This document shows positions 35,960 to 48,470 of a stretch of DNA of 64,000 bases, in pieces. This stretch comes from Camelus dromedarius (taxonomy: Eukaryota). Every line of letters begins with the position of its first letter. Position 1 is the stretch's first letter. The position numbers were made by a program, and so were the translations under genes. Below the pieces are notes generated by a model. It worked only from the letters and a program-made list of their open reading frames with translations, ran no database searches and had not been told where the DNA came from. The DNA lies in assembly GCF_036321535.1 (NCBI RefSeq), contig NC_087449.1, positions 8,556,001 through 8,620,000 of the forward strand, in the 5' to 3' direction.

Positions 35960-36595
35960 AAAAACTGGATCTCTCATACATTGCTGCTAGGAATCTAAAA
36001 TGGTGTAATGACTTTGGAAAATGATTTGGCAGTTTCTTAAAGTTCAGCATAAATTTATCATATGACCCAAGAATTACCCCCCAAGTAACCGCCCAAGAGA
36101 AATGAAAACATATGTCTATGCAAAGACTTAGATGTGAACGTGTGAAGAAGCAGTATTTATAATAACCAATAAATGAAAATAATCCAAATGTCCATCAACT
36201 AGGGAATAAACACATTATGGTATATCTGTACCATGAAATACTATTTGACAATACAAAGGAATAAACTACTGACACATGTTACAGTACAAGTGAACCTTAA
36301 AAAATCTTATGCTAAATGAGAGAAGCCAGATGCAAATGACTGGATATTGTGTGGCTCCATTTATGTGAAATGTTTAGAAATGGCAGGTCTGTATACAGAA
36401 TGAATACAGAAAGCACGAATGGGGAATGACAGCAAATGAGTATGAGGGATATTTTGGGGTGATGGAAATATTCTAAAAATAGGGTTGTGTTGACTGCACA
36501 ACTCTATGAATTTAATAAAACTCATTTAATTATACACTTAAAACAAGTGAGTTTTAGGGCATATAAATGATACTTTGATAAAACTAAAAAAAAAC
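35960..36595 (+). mobile_element. L1MB-type 3' end (ORF2 C-terminus and 3' UTR)
   Basis: ctttggaaaatgatttggcagtttcttaaag...aatccaaatgtccatcaac...ggggtgatggaaatattcta...tgatactttgataaaactaaaaaaaaa. Confidence 0.9.
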
Positions 36596-36939
36596 TGCAA
36601 AGGGGAGGCTAAGCATACATGAAGACAAAGGGTAGATGAAAAATCTCTCTATCTTCTCTTCAGTTTTGCTCTGAACCAAAAACATAGTCCTAATTAAAGA
36701 AAAAAGGACATAAAATAAAAAGGAAAATGGGGAACATTTTGCAAAGAAAATAAAACAAAGACTCTTAGAATGAAATACAAAAATGGAAAACTTTCTAAAA
36801 GAAGCAAACACAAACAAAATTTAACAATTATAACAACAAATTCTTCAGGAGCTCCTGACCCAAGGGTCCAGCCTGGGTTCCTATATATCATTCCCAGGAT
36901 GCTCCCCACTTTTGTCTCATCCCTGTGTCTCCACTAATA

Positions 36940-37372
36940 ACTCATTGTCATATTGCTGGTAGTTCCTTGCACATTCTAGGCTGCCTCTTGAGTCTGTGCC
37001 TCTGTTCATGTCCCTAGACATGAAATGCTACTCCCACTAGCCACCCCCTCCCTGCCCCAACCCCCGTACCAAGCATGCTTCTTACTTAACCTTTAAGCCT
37101 CAGCTCATGCCACATCTCCAAAGAAACTTACTTTGGTCTTCGTGTTCTCCCTCCAACCCCCTAATCTCAGAATGAAGTAGTCTCCCTAATGCTCCCATTC
37201 TCCTAATGCTCCTCCCAATACTGAACAATATACATTTATTTTTTATGTTTATTTATGAGACTGCCTCCTTCTTTAGACTCTGAGTTTATCATTATTATTA
37301 CTTTTGGTATCTTTAGAGCCTAGCACAGTGCCTGGCACCTAATACGTGCTCAAAATGTTTGTGGAAAAATGA
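36940..37372 (+). mobile_element. L2 3' end
   Basis: Ends gagcctagcacagtgcctggcacctaatacgtgctcaaaatgtttgtggaaaaatga. Confidence 0.85.
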
Positions 37373-37619
37373 TTTAATATATATATGGCCGTAGAGATTC
37401 AGAGTCAGTATGGAGGGGGCACTGTTATCCAACCTGACGTGAACTACTTCTTCATCCTTATTTTTGGCAGCTGAATTCCAGGAGAGATGACATAATGACA
37501 TCTACATGAGAGCACAGGTTAAAATATTTCATTTATGAACTCACATCACTTCATGTTTTCTAAAATCTGAAAAGGCAATCTTTTGACCAAATCCATCACT
37601 TGCACATAGGATGGATCAA

Positions 37620-37740
37620 GTGTACGCGAGTTGTGACTGGTGACTCGCAATGATGATAGATCACATAGCCTAGCACGCTGTCATTTCCTGACATGATTTA
37701 CGGTTCACGGTAAAGACCACAAGGGAAGATGGACGGCTAC
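37620..37740. promoter_or_regulatory. Putative enhancer: MEIS + ETS core + PBX-HOX + RUNX cluster
   Basis: CTGTCA 37678-37683, TTCC 37685-37688, TGACA 37689-37693, TGATTTACGG 37694-37703, GACCACA 37715-37721, with several retained CpGs. Confidence 0.4.
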
Positions 37741-38469
37741 TTGGGGACCACCTGTTACAGGTGAGGAATGCAAGATCATTTTCAGCCGTTATGAAATCAC
37801 CTCATCAGGAGGATTTGGAAGCTAGTCAATAGGCAGTGGGTAAACAAATATGCCAGGCAAACTAAACACCACCAAATGACAGATTTCAGACATGGGAACT
37901 CAGATAAAGCTAGGAGTTTCACACTGCTTCATTTTGTATTACTAGAACTATGTGACTGTGGCATTGCTAAAGTCTGCTCTACATCGAAACGAAGCCACAA
38001 AAATGAATACTATCTCCTAGGGCAGTAATACAAAGCCAGTACCATTCTATACAGTATTAGTGATTTGTTTCAAGGCTTTAAGGATTATGATTGAAAACAA
38101 AATGCATAGCAAATGTTCTAATACAAACTGTGAAGAGAAACATTTTATTTATTCATAACCACACAGTAAAATATAGGACAATATTGAGAAAAGGGTAGAA
38201 GGGACAATGTACAGCCCTATAATTTTTTGGTGTGGACTCACAGATTGTTAAGTAGAATTCCATGCACACCCCCTCACCCCCTGTAGGACTATCTATTTCA
38301 GATATGTTGGGAGAACAATGATGTCTTCCTGAAAATGCACTGAACTTCCCCAAAATGCAGAGAAAGTTGGACTACACAAAGGACGGGAGCTTCTATCGGC
38401 TGTAGCATAGAAATTTAATTGTTCTTGCTCTGGTTTTAATTTAAAAATTTTTAAAGAGTACAGGAATCT

Positions 38470-41379
38470 ATTAAGGATGGCAGAGTAAAGACATTTCTGC
38501 CCTGTTCTTTACAACCAACTTAAAACCAAAACACGGAACCAAGAAGCAGAAATGAAAACTTGGAGGGCTGCCAAAGTGTTGTGAAATTTATATCTAGGTG
38601 AAATGAGGAAAGCAGCAGGAAGTGTGTGCCTCCATGTTTGCAGGAAGCAGGCAGAATCCAAAGGTAAATTACACTTTCTGAAAGGTCAAATCAGTGACCT
38701 CTTCTTTGCAACAGCAAGGACTCAGTTGCTTTGTGAGATGTTTGACCATTACTACCTCTGTTGAGCATAGTAGAATAACAAGGAAGTTGGAGTTAAGTAA
38801 AATGCCTACATATCAGTTTTGCATTGAAGGAAAAAAAAAAAAAAGGTAATCAGCCTAAGGGGGTGGAAGGGAAAACGTGAGTGGCAAGAACTTTTTTAGT
38901 TGATTATTTCATACACAAAGATAACATAAACTCCAAATCATTACTCAAACACTGGTGGCATACTTTGCCAAGAGATACAGAAAGTTTATGCTAGCCCAGG
39001 GAAGAATCAAAAGCCTAGGGCAATCTTTTGTTGGGAAAATTAAAATCTTCAAGACAAAGGTTCTGAATTCAAGATACTTAAACACTTAACTTATTCCACT
39101 GGCGCCCTTTCTAACATTACCTTCTTATGCGTAGTTGGCCTGGGGAAAAACTGCAACAACAGAGATAAACACAAAGAAAGCAAGTTAGCAATGCATAAAA
39201 AATTCTGGAAGGAAAAAAAATGGAAAAAGATAAGAACACATCAAAAAATACTCTTTCGAAAAAAGACATAAAAATTATGAGAAGTTTCCTCCCTGAGAAT
39301 GAAAAGATGGTTTAAAAGATGGTCTTCTGAAATGTGTATAGTCAAGGTAACTACCAGAAAATTTAACAGAAGAAAATATGATTTCCATATAAGACTAAAA
39401 CAGGCACACACAAGAAATATAGACATATAGCAAAATTAAATAAACAAATAAATATCACTAAACAATGGAAATAACATGAGATAAAATGGCAGAGCTAATT
39501 GTTATATCAGTAAATTTAAGTGGGATAAAATCACCCATTAAAAGTAAAAGATCCTCAATTAGGGTCAAAACACAACACAGGTACTACATACGGTATTTAT
39601 CTAACATTAAAATAAGAGCTGGTTGTAGAATATAGTTTAACAAATTCAAACTAAAAGCAAGTGAAAGTCATTTTATTAAAACCATACAAAGTCTAATTTA
39701 AGGAAAAACACATCAAGCTATCAAATGACAGGCACTTAAAATGAAAAGATCAAAATCCACAATTAAGATTTGTTTGAATCTTCATAAATGAAATAACATG
39801 ACGTCAAATTCAAAATGCCAAAATTTCAGCAAATATAAGCAATAAGCAGAAATACAATAATGGAAGGAGATTTTAATTAACCTCTCTCAGCCCTTGACAG
39901 ACATATTAAACAAATATTAAGTAATGTTTAGAGGAAATCAATAACACAGTTCAAATAGTTATTCTTAATAAACAACAAAATATATACCTGCAAATAGAAT
40001 AGAGCCTTTTTTCAACTGCCGTTGAACATTTATGGATTGATCATGTTTCCTGGCACAAAAAAACCTTAATAAATTCCAACAAGTAGGTATTACATATACC
40101 ACATTCTTAAATCATAATAAAATAGTATCAGAAATTAATAACAAACATAGAAAACAAAATTAAAATATACATTAAAACACTTGGGTAAAGAAATCAAAAT
40201 TATATTGCAGAATAAGTAGAAATATTGACTATAAAACTTTACAACTCTATCTGATCTTATAAAATAGGTGCAGCTCCAGTGCTCAAACTGTATTACACTA
40301 AATATTTGTTATTAAGAAAATAAATGAATTAAAATTTCAGTGTAAGTGAGATAAAGTTCAATAAAAGCACTAAATAAGCAGAAAGAATAAATAGATGAAG
40401 TTGTATAGGGAAAGACAATAAGTTGGAACTATAATAAACTAATATTTACTATGAAAATACAGTAATACATAAAGCTAAGAGCTGTTCTTTTGGGATGAAA
40501 AACTTAATAACAAAAAATTGAGTTATCAATTAGGTAAGTGAGCTATGAAAATAAAAGAAGAAAGTCAGATACTCAAAACACAAACTGAAAATGGGTATAT
40601 GATCACAGATAAAGAATCATAAAATAGTAAGTTTCTAAAGTCTATATAAATAATTTTAAAAACCCAAAGGAAATAAATGATCTTATGAGAAAGCATAAAT
40701 TACCAAATCTGATGCCAGAGAATTTAGAAAATCTGAAAAGGCTGATTATTCCATAAAAAAGCACAAAACCATACAGCCTCATAGGTAAATTCCATAAAAG
40801 TGTCAAGGAGAAGGAGCGCTATTAGAGGGGAGAGTGAGAAAGAGAGCCAGCAAAAGCAAGGGGGAGCATGAGAGCAAGGACGAGAAATTTCCAAATTCCT
40901 TTTGTGAAACCACCGAAACCTTGATCTTGATGACAAGACCTGGTAGAGCACACACACACACATAAACACACACACACACAACAAATAGTGCATATGAATG
41001 TCTCAAAGATTCTAAAAACTACATTGGGCAATAGAATCCAAAAGCACTGTAGAAGAATCACATATAATGACTAAGAAATGGTATCCCTTATGAATACAAG
41101 AAGGTTCAATAATGGGAAATCTTTATCTCTAATTTAGGGTAAAAAATGGAGAAAAAACTAGTTATTTCTACAGATTCTGAAAACATATTATAAAATTCAT
41201 TTCTACTAAAACTATGTTTTTAAAAACCTATATAATAAAATATTAGTTGATACATGAGAATTTCCTTTGCATACACATTCATACACACAAAACACAAGCC
41301 AACATCATCCTTATTGATGAAACACTAGAAAAATTCCCATTAATGACACAAAACCCAGAATCATGGGAAAAAAAAACAG
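38470..41379 (+). mobile_element. Ancient L1 (L1M/ME-like): 5' end, ORF1 remnant, ORF2 endonuclease to early RT, heavily decayed
   Basis: aggatggcagagt-type 5' start; ORF2 N-terminal remnant near 39500 (atcagtaaatttaagtgggataaaatcacccattaaaag); agccaacatcatccttattgatgaaacactagaaaaattcccatt near 41296. Confidence 0.7.
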
Positions 41380-43528
41380 ATTAATAAACTCAAGTATTCA
41401 AATATCATATGGTCACATCATCTCATGCAGCTAAAGTGTTTGACAAAATTGAACACCCATTCATTATCAAAATTCTCGATAAGTTAAAAATAGAAGAGAA
41501 CTACTTCCACTTGAGGAAGAGCATCTACAGAAACCTTGCAACTGGCATTATAATTAATACTGAAAGACTGAATGCTTTCCCTCTAAGACTGAAGGAATAA
41601 GGTAAGAACATCCAATCCCGTATCACCGCTCTTACTCAACTTAGTATAGCATTGCAAGTTCTAACCAGTGCAATAAGGCAAGGAAAATAAATAAAAGACA
41701 TACAGATAGGAAAGGAAAGAAATAACACTGTTCTTGTTTGTATGACTATCTACGTAAAAAAATCATGAGGAATCTAGAAAATATTTCAAATACTTCTAGA
41801 ACTAATATGAGTTTAGTACGGTCTCAGTATATAAGACAAAACACAAAAATTAATTTTACTTTTTATATTAAAAATGAATGTGTAAAAATAAAAATTAAAA
41901 ACACAATATTGTTTACCATCACTCCAAAGAAAATGAAATCTTTAAGTAAAACTTAAGGAAACATATATAGGATCTATATGCTAAAAAAATAAAATGCTGA
42001 TGAAAGAAATCAAAGAAGACCCAGATAGATAAACTGCCTCCAAGGAAGGGGAGACATGACATCTTTAATAACATATTAATAACATATTAAAGATGTCATG
42101 TCTCCCCAAATTGATGTAAGTCTCAATGCAATTACTATAAAATTCCTAGCAAAGTTTTTGTAAATGTAGACAAGATCATTCTAAAATTCACATGGAAATG
42201 CAAAGGAACTAAAATATAGCCAAAGACATTTTGAAAAAGAGGAATACCATCTCGAAAAAGAATGCCGTTGGATGGATCAGTCTTATTACAAATACAGCGA
42301 CAGTGATTCAGGTGGTATGCAATTGGCAGAGGGACAGCTACATGGGTCAGTGGAACAGAATAAACAACCCAGAAGGCATACACAAATATGCCCAACTTAT
42401 TTTTGACAAAGGTGTGAGAGCAATTCAGTAGAGGAAGGATAACTTCTCAGTGGATCAACTGGACCTTCAAAGACAAAAAAAATAAACCTCAAACTAAACC
42501 TCACCCCTTATACAAAAATTAACTCAAAATGGATCAGAGACTTAAATGTACAACATAAAACTAACATAGCTTTTAGAAAAAAAATCATAAAAGAAAAATC
42601 TTCAGAATCTGGCTTGGCAAAGAGTTCTTAGACTTGATACCAAAAGCATAATTTATAAAAGAAAAAATAGGTAAATAGATCATCCAAATTAAAGACCATT
42701 TGCTCTGTGAAAAACCCTGTAAAGTGTATGAACAGATAAGCTACATATTAGGAGAAAATATTTGACAATCAAATATTCAACATAGGACTAATATCTAGAA
42801 CGTAGAAAGAAATCTCAAACTACAACAGTAAATAAAATAAATGGAAACAATTAGAAAATGCCCAAAAGATATGAAGAGAATTTCACTGAAGAGGATGTAG
42901 AGATGGTGATTGACACACAAAAGATATGTAAGATCATTAGCCATTAGGAAGATGCCAATTAAAACCACAATGAGATATCACAACAAATGTATTAGAATGC
43001 TATAATAAAAGTGAAACACAGAATCATGGTGGGTATGCCAAGAAGCTGGATCACTCACAGAATGCTGATGGTGCAGCCACTGAAAAAGTGTATGGCAGGT
43101 TCTTAACAAAACTAAACAAGTGCTTACCATATGACTCAGCAATTAGCACTTCTGGGCATTTATGCCAGAGAACGGGTGACTTATGCTCATGCAAAAGCCT
43201 GGACATAGTTGCTGTAATCAGCTTTATTTGTAACAGACCCAAACTGGAAACAATCCAAGTTTCCTTCAACGGGTGAATAGTCCAACATCCACACCATAGA
43301 GTAATATTCAGTAATGCAAAGGAAAGGACTATTGATCCTTGGAAGGATCTCAAGGGAATCATGCTGAGTGAGAAAAATCCATTCTCAAGTGCTTTTATAC
43401 TACAGGGTTCTATTTGTAAAACATTTTTGAAATGACAAAATTATAGAGATGGGGAGCAGATTTGTGATGGTCAGGGGTTAGGGAGAGGCAGAAAGAGGGA
43501 GGTGGCTGTGAATGCAAAAGGGTGGCAG

Positions 43529-43759
43529 GTTATTACAAGATAATGGGTATATTTCCCTGTGCTACATAGTGTATCCTTGTTGCTTATCTATTTTATAAAT
43601 AGTAGTTTGTATCTGTCAGTCCCACACCCCTAATTTGTCCCTCTCCTCTTCTCTCTCCCCTTTGATAACCACAAGTTTGTTTTTTGTGTGAGTCTGTTTC
43701 TGTACACTGGAAACTAACCCAACATTGTAAGTCAGCTATACTTCGAAAGAAAAAAGTTT
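43529..43759. mobile_element. Younger artiodactyl/camelid-type L1 3' fragment with 5' inversion
   Basis: 43529-43702 is antisense L1 3' UTR and 43701-43759 is the sense terminus with an A-rich tail; TSD aaagggtggcag (43517-43528) / aaggggtagcag (43760-43771). Confidence 0.85.
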
Positions 43760-43845
43760 AAGGGGTAGCAGGAGAATCCCTGAGATAAAACCGTTCTGTA
43801 TCTTGGCTGTAGTGGTGTTTACAAAAGTCTACATATGTGATACAG

Positions 43846-43871
43846 CTGCACACACACACACACACACACAC
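43846..43871. repeat. (CA)n microsatellite in the L1MC 3' UTR
   Basis: Seen directly. Confidence 0.95.
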
Positions 43872-44094
43872 GGATGAATGTAAAACTGGCAAAATCTGAG
43901 CAAGGTTGATGAATTATATCTGTTTCAATTTCCTAGCTTTGATACTTTACTATAGGTACGCAAAACATTACCAGTGAGGGAAATTGAGTGGTGATGGATA
44001 TATGGAATGTTATGTTTTATATAACTGCATATGAACCCATGATAATCTCAAAATTAAAAGTTTTTAAAAGTCACCATGTTTAAAAAAAATAGTA

Positions 44095-44960
44095 AAATGG
44101 AAGAAAAATAACAAACTAAAAAAAAAAATCCCAAAATAACCCTGACAAGACATATGACTATGGGCTCCTCACTTACAACATATTAATTTTAAAAACAGTA
44201 GAAAATCAGACCAAGATTATGGACAGGTAACTCATAGAAAGTAAAACACTAAAACCTTCTAAAAATGTGAAAATATACGCATATTGTTCCATAAGACCAA
44301 CACAATTCAAACTACAATGAAATATATTTTTTGGAGAGATCAAAAGGGCTTTGATAACAAATGGCATTGCTGGAGGTCTGAGGACAAAAGCATCTTTCTG
44401 CAGCATAGGTCAGAATAAAAATGGATGTAATTACTTTGAAGGCTTTTTGGCAATAGTTATTAAAATTAAAAATTCACTTGCCATTTTACAGAAATTTCAT
44501 CTCCATAAATTTGTATAACAGGTATACTAACCCATGTATAAAGCACATGATGAGAATTGCATGTAATAAGGAAAGACTGGAAACTTCATAAATGTCAATT
44601 AAAGGCCAGTAATTCAATAAATTATGGCAGAACCATGCAACAAAATATGCTACTAAGAAAAACGAGGTAAGTTTGTTTGTTTTCATAGGGAGTAATCTCC
44701 AAATTACTGTGTTAAAAGAAGAATCACAAGGTCGTGAATAGTGTATGTAACGTGAACTCAATTGTGTAAAGTTAAAAGACACATACAAAAGGATATGTGT
44801 ATACATAAATGCATACACACCTCTGCATCAACACACACACGCACTTCCCCGTGGACCTCTTTCTGGAGAGCTCACAAGGTAACTCAACAGTGGCCACCTC
44901 TAGGAAGGCAGGGGAGGACTCAGTCTGGAAAGCTGCATCCATTCTCTTTTAATACCATTG
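44095..44960 (+). mobile_element. Old L1ME-type 3' region, probably the continuation of the 38.5-41.4 kb element
   Basis: actttgaaggctttttggcaatagttattaaaatt...aataaattatggcagaaccatgcaacaaaatatgc. Confidence 0.65.
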
Positions 44961-45675
44961 TCCAGCTTGAAGTAGTTAATGTATATATGTCTGTCTTCAT
45001 TATTCACGTTTCCCCCCAGAGTCTAACCTGTGCTTAGTACATTGCGGTGGCTCAGTCAATATTTGTTAAGCTGAACAGTAGTTCTGTGACATTCACCCTC
45101 AAGGAATGAGGAATGACTATTAACGATGCAACCCTTAATTACTTTTGTTTTTAGGAAGCTCTCTACTTTTCACAAAACTTTTCAATACGTAATTTAATTT
45201 GAACCTCAAATATTTATCAAGTTATGCAAAGTATTTTTAAGTCTTACCTATGTGTGTATTTCAGTTATATCCTACAACTCAGGGCTGGGTACCTCTACAA
45301 CAACTGCATTCCTTTTATAAAGTCTATATTCACGTTTTGTGGCTTTCTCCCTTTTGCTTTACAGCTCTCTCTTCTCTAGTGTGTTTCGCCCTTCTGAGCA
45401 GTTCTTCTCTTTACTTTTACGCGTTAATGACCTACCACTCTTTTATTGCCACATTTATGATTTATTGTTCTTTCTTTTTTGCTTTCTTTTGATTTACAAA
45501 GCACTCTATTTTTAAAAACAGTACTTTAGCTAGTTTTCTCTGTCCTTCAAGTATTCTTTTTGAAATCTGTTTAGAAGCTGTGTTGCAGTTTCTCCTGCCC
45601 ACCCCCACCCCACCCAATTTCTATAGAACAACCATCCCTTCTCCAGCCCAAGAATTATTGGCTCAAGCCAGCAGT

Positions 45676-45871
45676 NNNNNNNNNNNNNNNNNNNNNNNNN
45701 NNNNNNNNNNNNNNNNNNNNNNNNNNNNNNNNNNNNNNNNNNNNNNNNNNNNNNNNNNNNNNNNNNNNNNNNNNNNNNNNNNNNNNNNNNNNNNNNNNNN
45801 NNNNNNNNNNNNNNNNNNNNNNNNNNNNNNNNNNNNNNNNNNNNNNNNNNNNNNNNNNNNNNNNNNNNNNN
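45676..45871. other. N block 4 (196 nt)
   Basis: Run of N seen directly. Confidence 0.99.
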
Positions 45872-46419
45872 TTTCTGTTTCATTTACTGTATTCTTTTGA
45901 AAAGTTAGGCTTTTCAGTTTAGCCTCATTTAATAGTCCTATTTACACTTCCATTTTTATTTCCTGGGACATTTACCTTTCTCCCAAATTCTTTAAAAACT
46001 TGAGTACTCCACTTCTCAAAAATACAGTCACACTGTGTCCATTTCCAGAGTGATTCATTTTTTCTGTTTTTGTTTTAACAACTTTGTACTTTTATCTGTT
46101 AAATTTCTTACTTTCGAAATAGTTGCATTAGAAACAAACCAAAAAATCTACAAAGAACCCCAAAAGCTCTTTGATCACTTGAAATTTCTCCTTGCACATG
46201 ATCTCGATCTGTCTGTCAGTTTTCATCTCTCCGGTTCAGTGCTCCAGACAACCTGACCACTCTACGAGGTTTCTAGAAATTTCTTGGTTTTCCTCTCTCA
46301 TTTGTTCTTTGGGTTTTTAAGAGTTTGTTTATGGTTTTCTCACTGTTTGTCTTCTATTTTAGTAATCACGCCTGTTGATGAAACCTCTAAAACTTGTTAG
46401 GGTAGGGATAAGTCTGGCT

Positions 46420-46800
46420 GCTTTATTGGCCATGATGCTGTGTAACAAACAACCTCTAAATGCAATGGTTTACACTAAAACAAGCATCTGTTGTTCTCCA
46501 TCATGTGCCTGGAGGTCAGCAGGGGCACATTTGCTCTAGGCTGAGTGCTGGCTGACCTGGGGCCAGCCTAGGGCATTGGCTATGAGTCTGCCCCACATCT
46601 TCTCATTCTCCCTGAATGCAGGGTTGCTGCTCATGCTCTCCTCATGGCGAGGCATGAAAGTCCCATGCAAGCATGTTTAAAGCTTTGCTCATGTTGCCTT
46701 CTCTCACTTTCCAGTCACAAGTGTACTCCATTTCCTCTGCTCACTGCAGAGGAGAGAGTGAAGAATTGAGAACAAGTATGCAATCTACCGCCGCTGTGCA
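46420..46800 (-). mobile_element. Old MLT1 LTR
   Basis: gatgctgtgtaacaaacaacctctaaatgcaatggtttac...catgctctcctcatggcg...gcaagcatgtttaaagctttgctca. Confidence 0.7.
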
Positions 46801-48029
46801 TGGTACCTTATGTCTATGTACCTCCTTCTTCCTCTTCAAGCAGAAAAACTCTGTCTCCCTTGCAGTCATGGCATCCTGCTCATAGTTCTGTCTTTGGCCC
46901 CTCGTGGTTCAGTTAACTAGACAGCTTCATTAATGCAAAGACATGAAAAACCTCTTTGGTGTACAACAATCAGCAAATCTTGCTGAGCAGAAATGCTGAA
47001 GGCTTCTTGCCCTGGCTGTGGACTGAAATCTTTAACTTGTCCATCAGGTCGCCCCAGGGTCTGCTCTTCAGTAAGAACTCCCTTGTCCATCTTCTTTGGT
47101 GGCCCCTGGCTTTGCCCTCTGGAAGAGTCTTCTTTCTCCATTACCCAGTGCCCACGTCTGAGGTGGACATTCAGGAGCAGGGATTTCCAGAGGATAACTC
47201 ATATAGAGCAAACCACTTCCTGTTAATATGGATTTAGGATCCAGTGGATTAGTTTTGGATAGTAAATTGCCCTCAAAATGTGGTGTACTTTCAGCACAGT
47301 GGCTTTTTGGTCATTTCTAAGTGTGAGCATACACAAAGTTCTTGGATAAATGGAATTTTTAAGCTCAAAGCCTCTGGTCTTTTATTTATAGATCTCTGTG
47401 CTCTGCCCATCCAAATAATTCTCAGCCTGCTGTCTGTGCATTGAAAACATCTGAAAAAAAATGCACAATCTTTGCCAGCAGGCTCACAACTTTCACATGA
47501 TGGGGCACTAGTCATATTTATTGCTAAGACTGGAATTTGCAGACACTTCTTTTAATGGCTTCAGTTTGAGGGATAAAGACTTGGCCTTTTTTACCCTGAA
47601 AGCTTTCAGATTATCAGACTCTTCAGTCAGCTGAGATTGCAGGTTATGGGCAGAGAGTACCTCCCACAGCCAAGGTGCCTGTCTTTCTATTTCAACCCTC
47701 AGACTGCCCAGCTTGTCCCACTTTGAGTTCATCATTCTTTCAGGATTTTGCTGACAAGGCGTGCCAACATTCTGCACAGCTTTTACCATTTCTTCTAATA
47801 CCATGTAAAGGCTTTGTTAGCATGTGGTTGGCTTTCCAATGTATGGCAATGATTTGACTGAATATTCTGTCAGTATATAATGATGGTTCTGAGATTTTCA
47901 ATTTTCATTAATGGAGTCATTTTTATGCACCTTCCTAGCTGTGCTTCCCATTGCACATTTTAGTTTTTGTTGCTTAAGAACCTCACTTCTAAGTACTAAA
48001 TTATTTGGACTAAGTTTTGAATCCATATA

Positions 48030-48470
48030 ATCAGAAAATAAATAGTGGAAATGGTAGTGGTTTAATCAAGACAGAAGTTTATTTCTCTCTCATGTAAAAG
48101 AGAAATTTGAAGTCAAACTACCCAAAGTTGCCTTGGTAGCAGCAAAATATGTTCAGGGACCAGCCTGTCTTCTTTCTGCTATTCCGTTTTCAGCATGAGG
48201 CTTCCTTCTTTGAGGTCACTTGTAAAACATCTAAATGTCTAACCATAGTCTAAAATGGTGGCTGTTGCTCCAAACATCACTTCTGTGGTAGCAGGAAGAT
48301 GTGGGGAGAGAAAGAGTATATTTCCATATTGAATGAATTGTCCCTGTTTAAGCAGGCTTCTCAGAGGCCACTGCAAAATCATAAGCTTACATCTCACTGG
48401 CCAGGACATAGGCAGATAGTCTCATCTTGCTGCAAGGGATGGTGGGAAGTGTAGTAATTTATTTCTTCAC
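48030..48470 (-). mobile_element. MLT1K/L-type LTR
   Basis: ggtagtggtttaatcaagacagaagtttatttctctctcatgtaaaag...aaatggtggctgttgctccaaacatcac...gctgcaagggatggtgggaagtgtagt. Confidence 0.8.

Larger units (their letters stand above)
41380..44075 (+). mobile_element. L1MC-type LINE-1 (ORF2 RT to 3' UTR) nested in the ancient L1
   Basis: ORFs 41409..41600 (AKVFDKIEHPFIIK...LNAFPLR), 42231..42431 (QWNRINNPE...QLIFDKG) and 43088..43276 (LPYDSAI) are decayed L1 ORF2; the 3' UTR with a CA tract ends ataatctcaaaattaaaagtttt. Confidence 0.9.

Noticed and set aside
37044-37065. C-rich four-tract G4 motif
   Set aside because: It lies within a decayed L2 C-rich segment, with no sign of function.
41409-43276. 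ORFs resembling reverse transcriptase
   Set aside because: These are decayed L1 ORF2 fragments with stops and frameshifts, not a functional gene or a new retroelement system.
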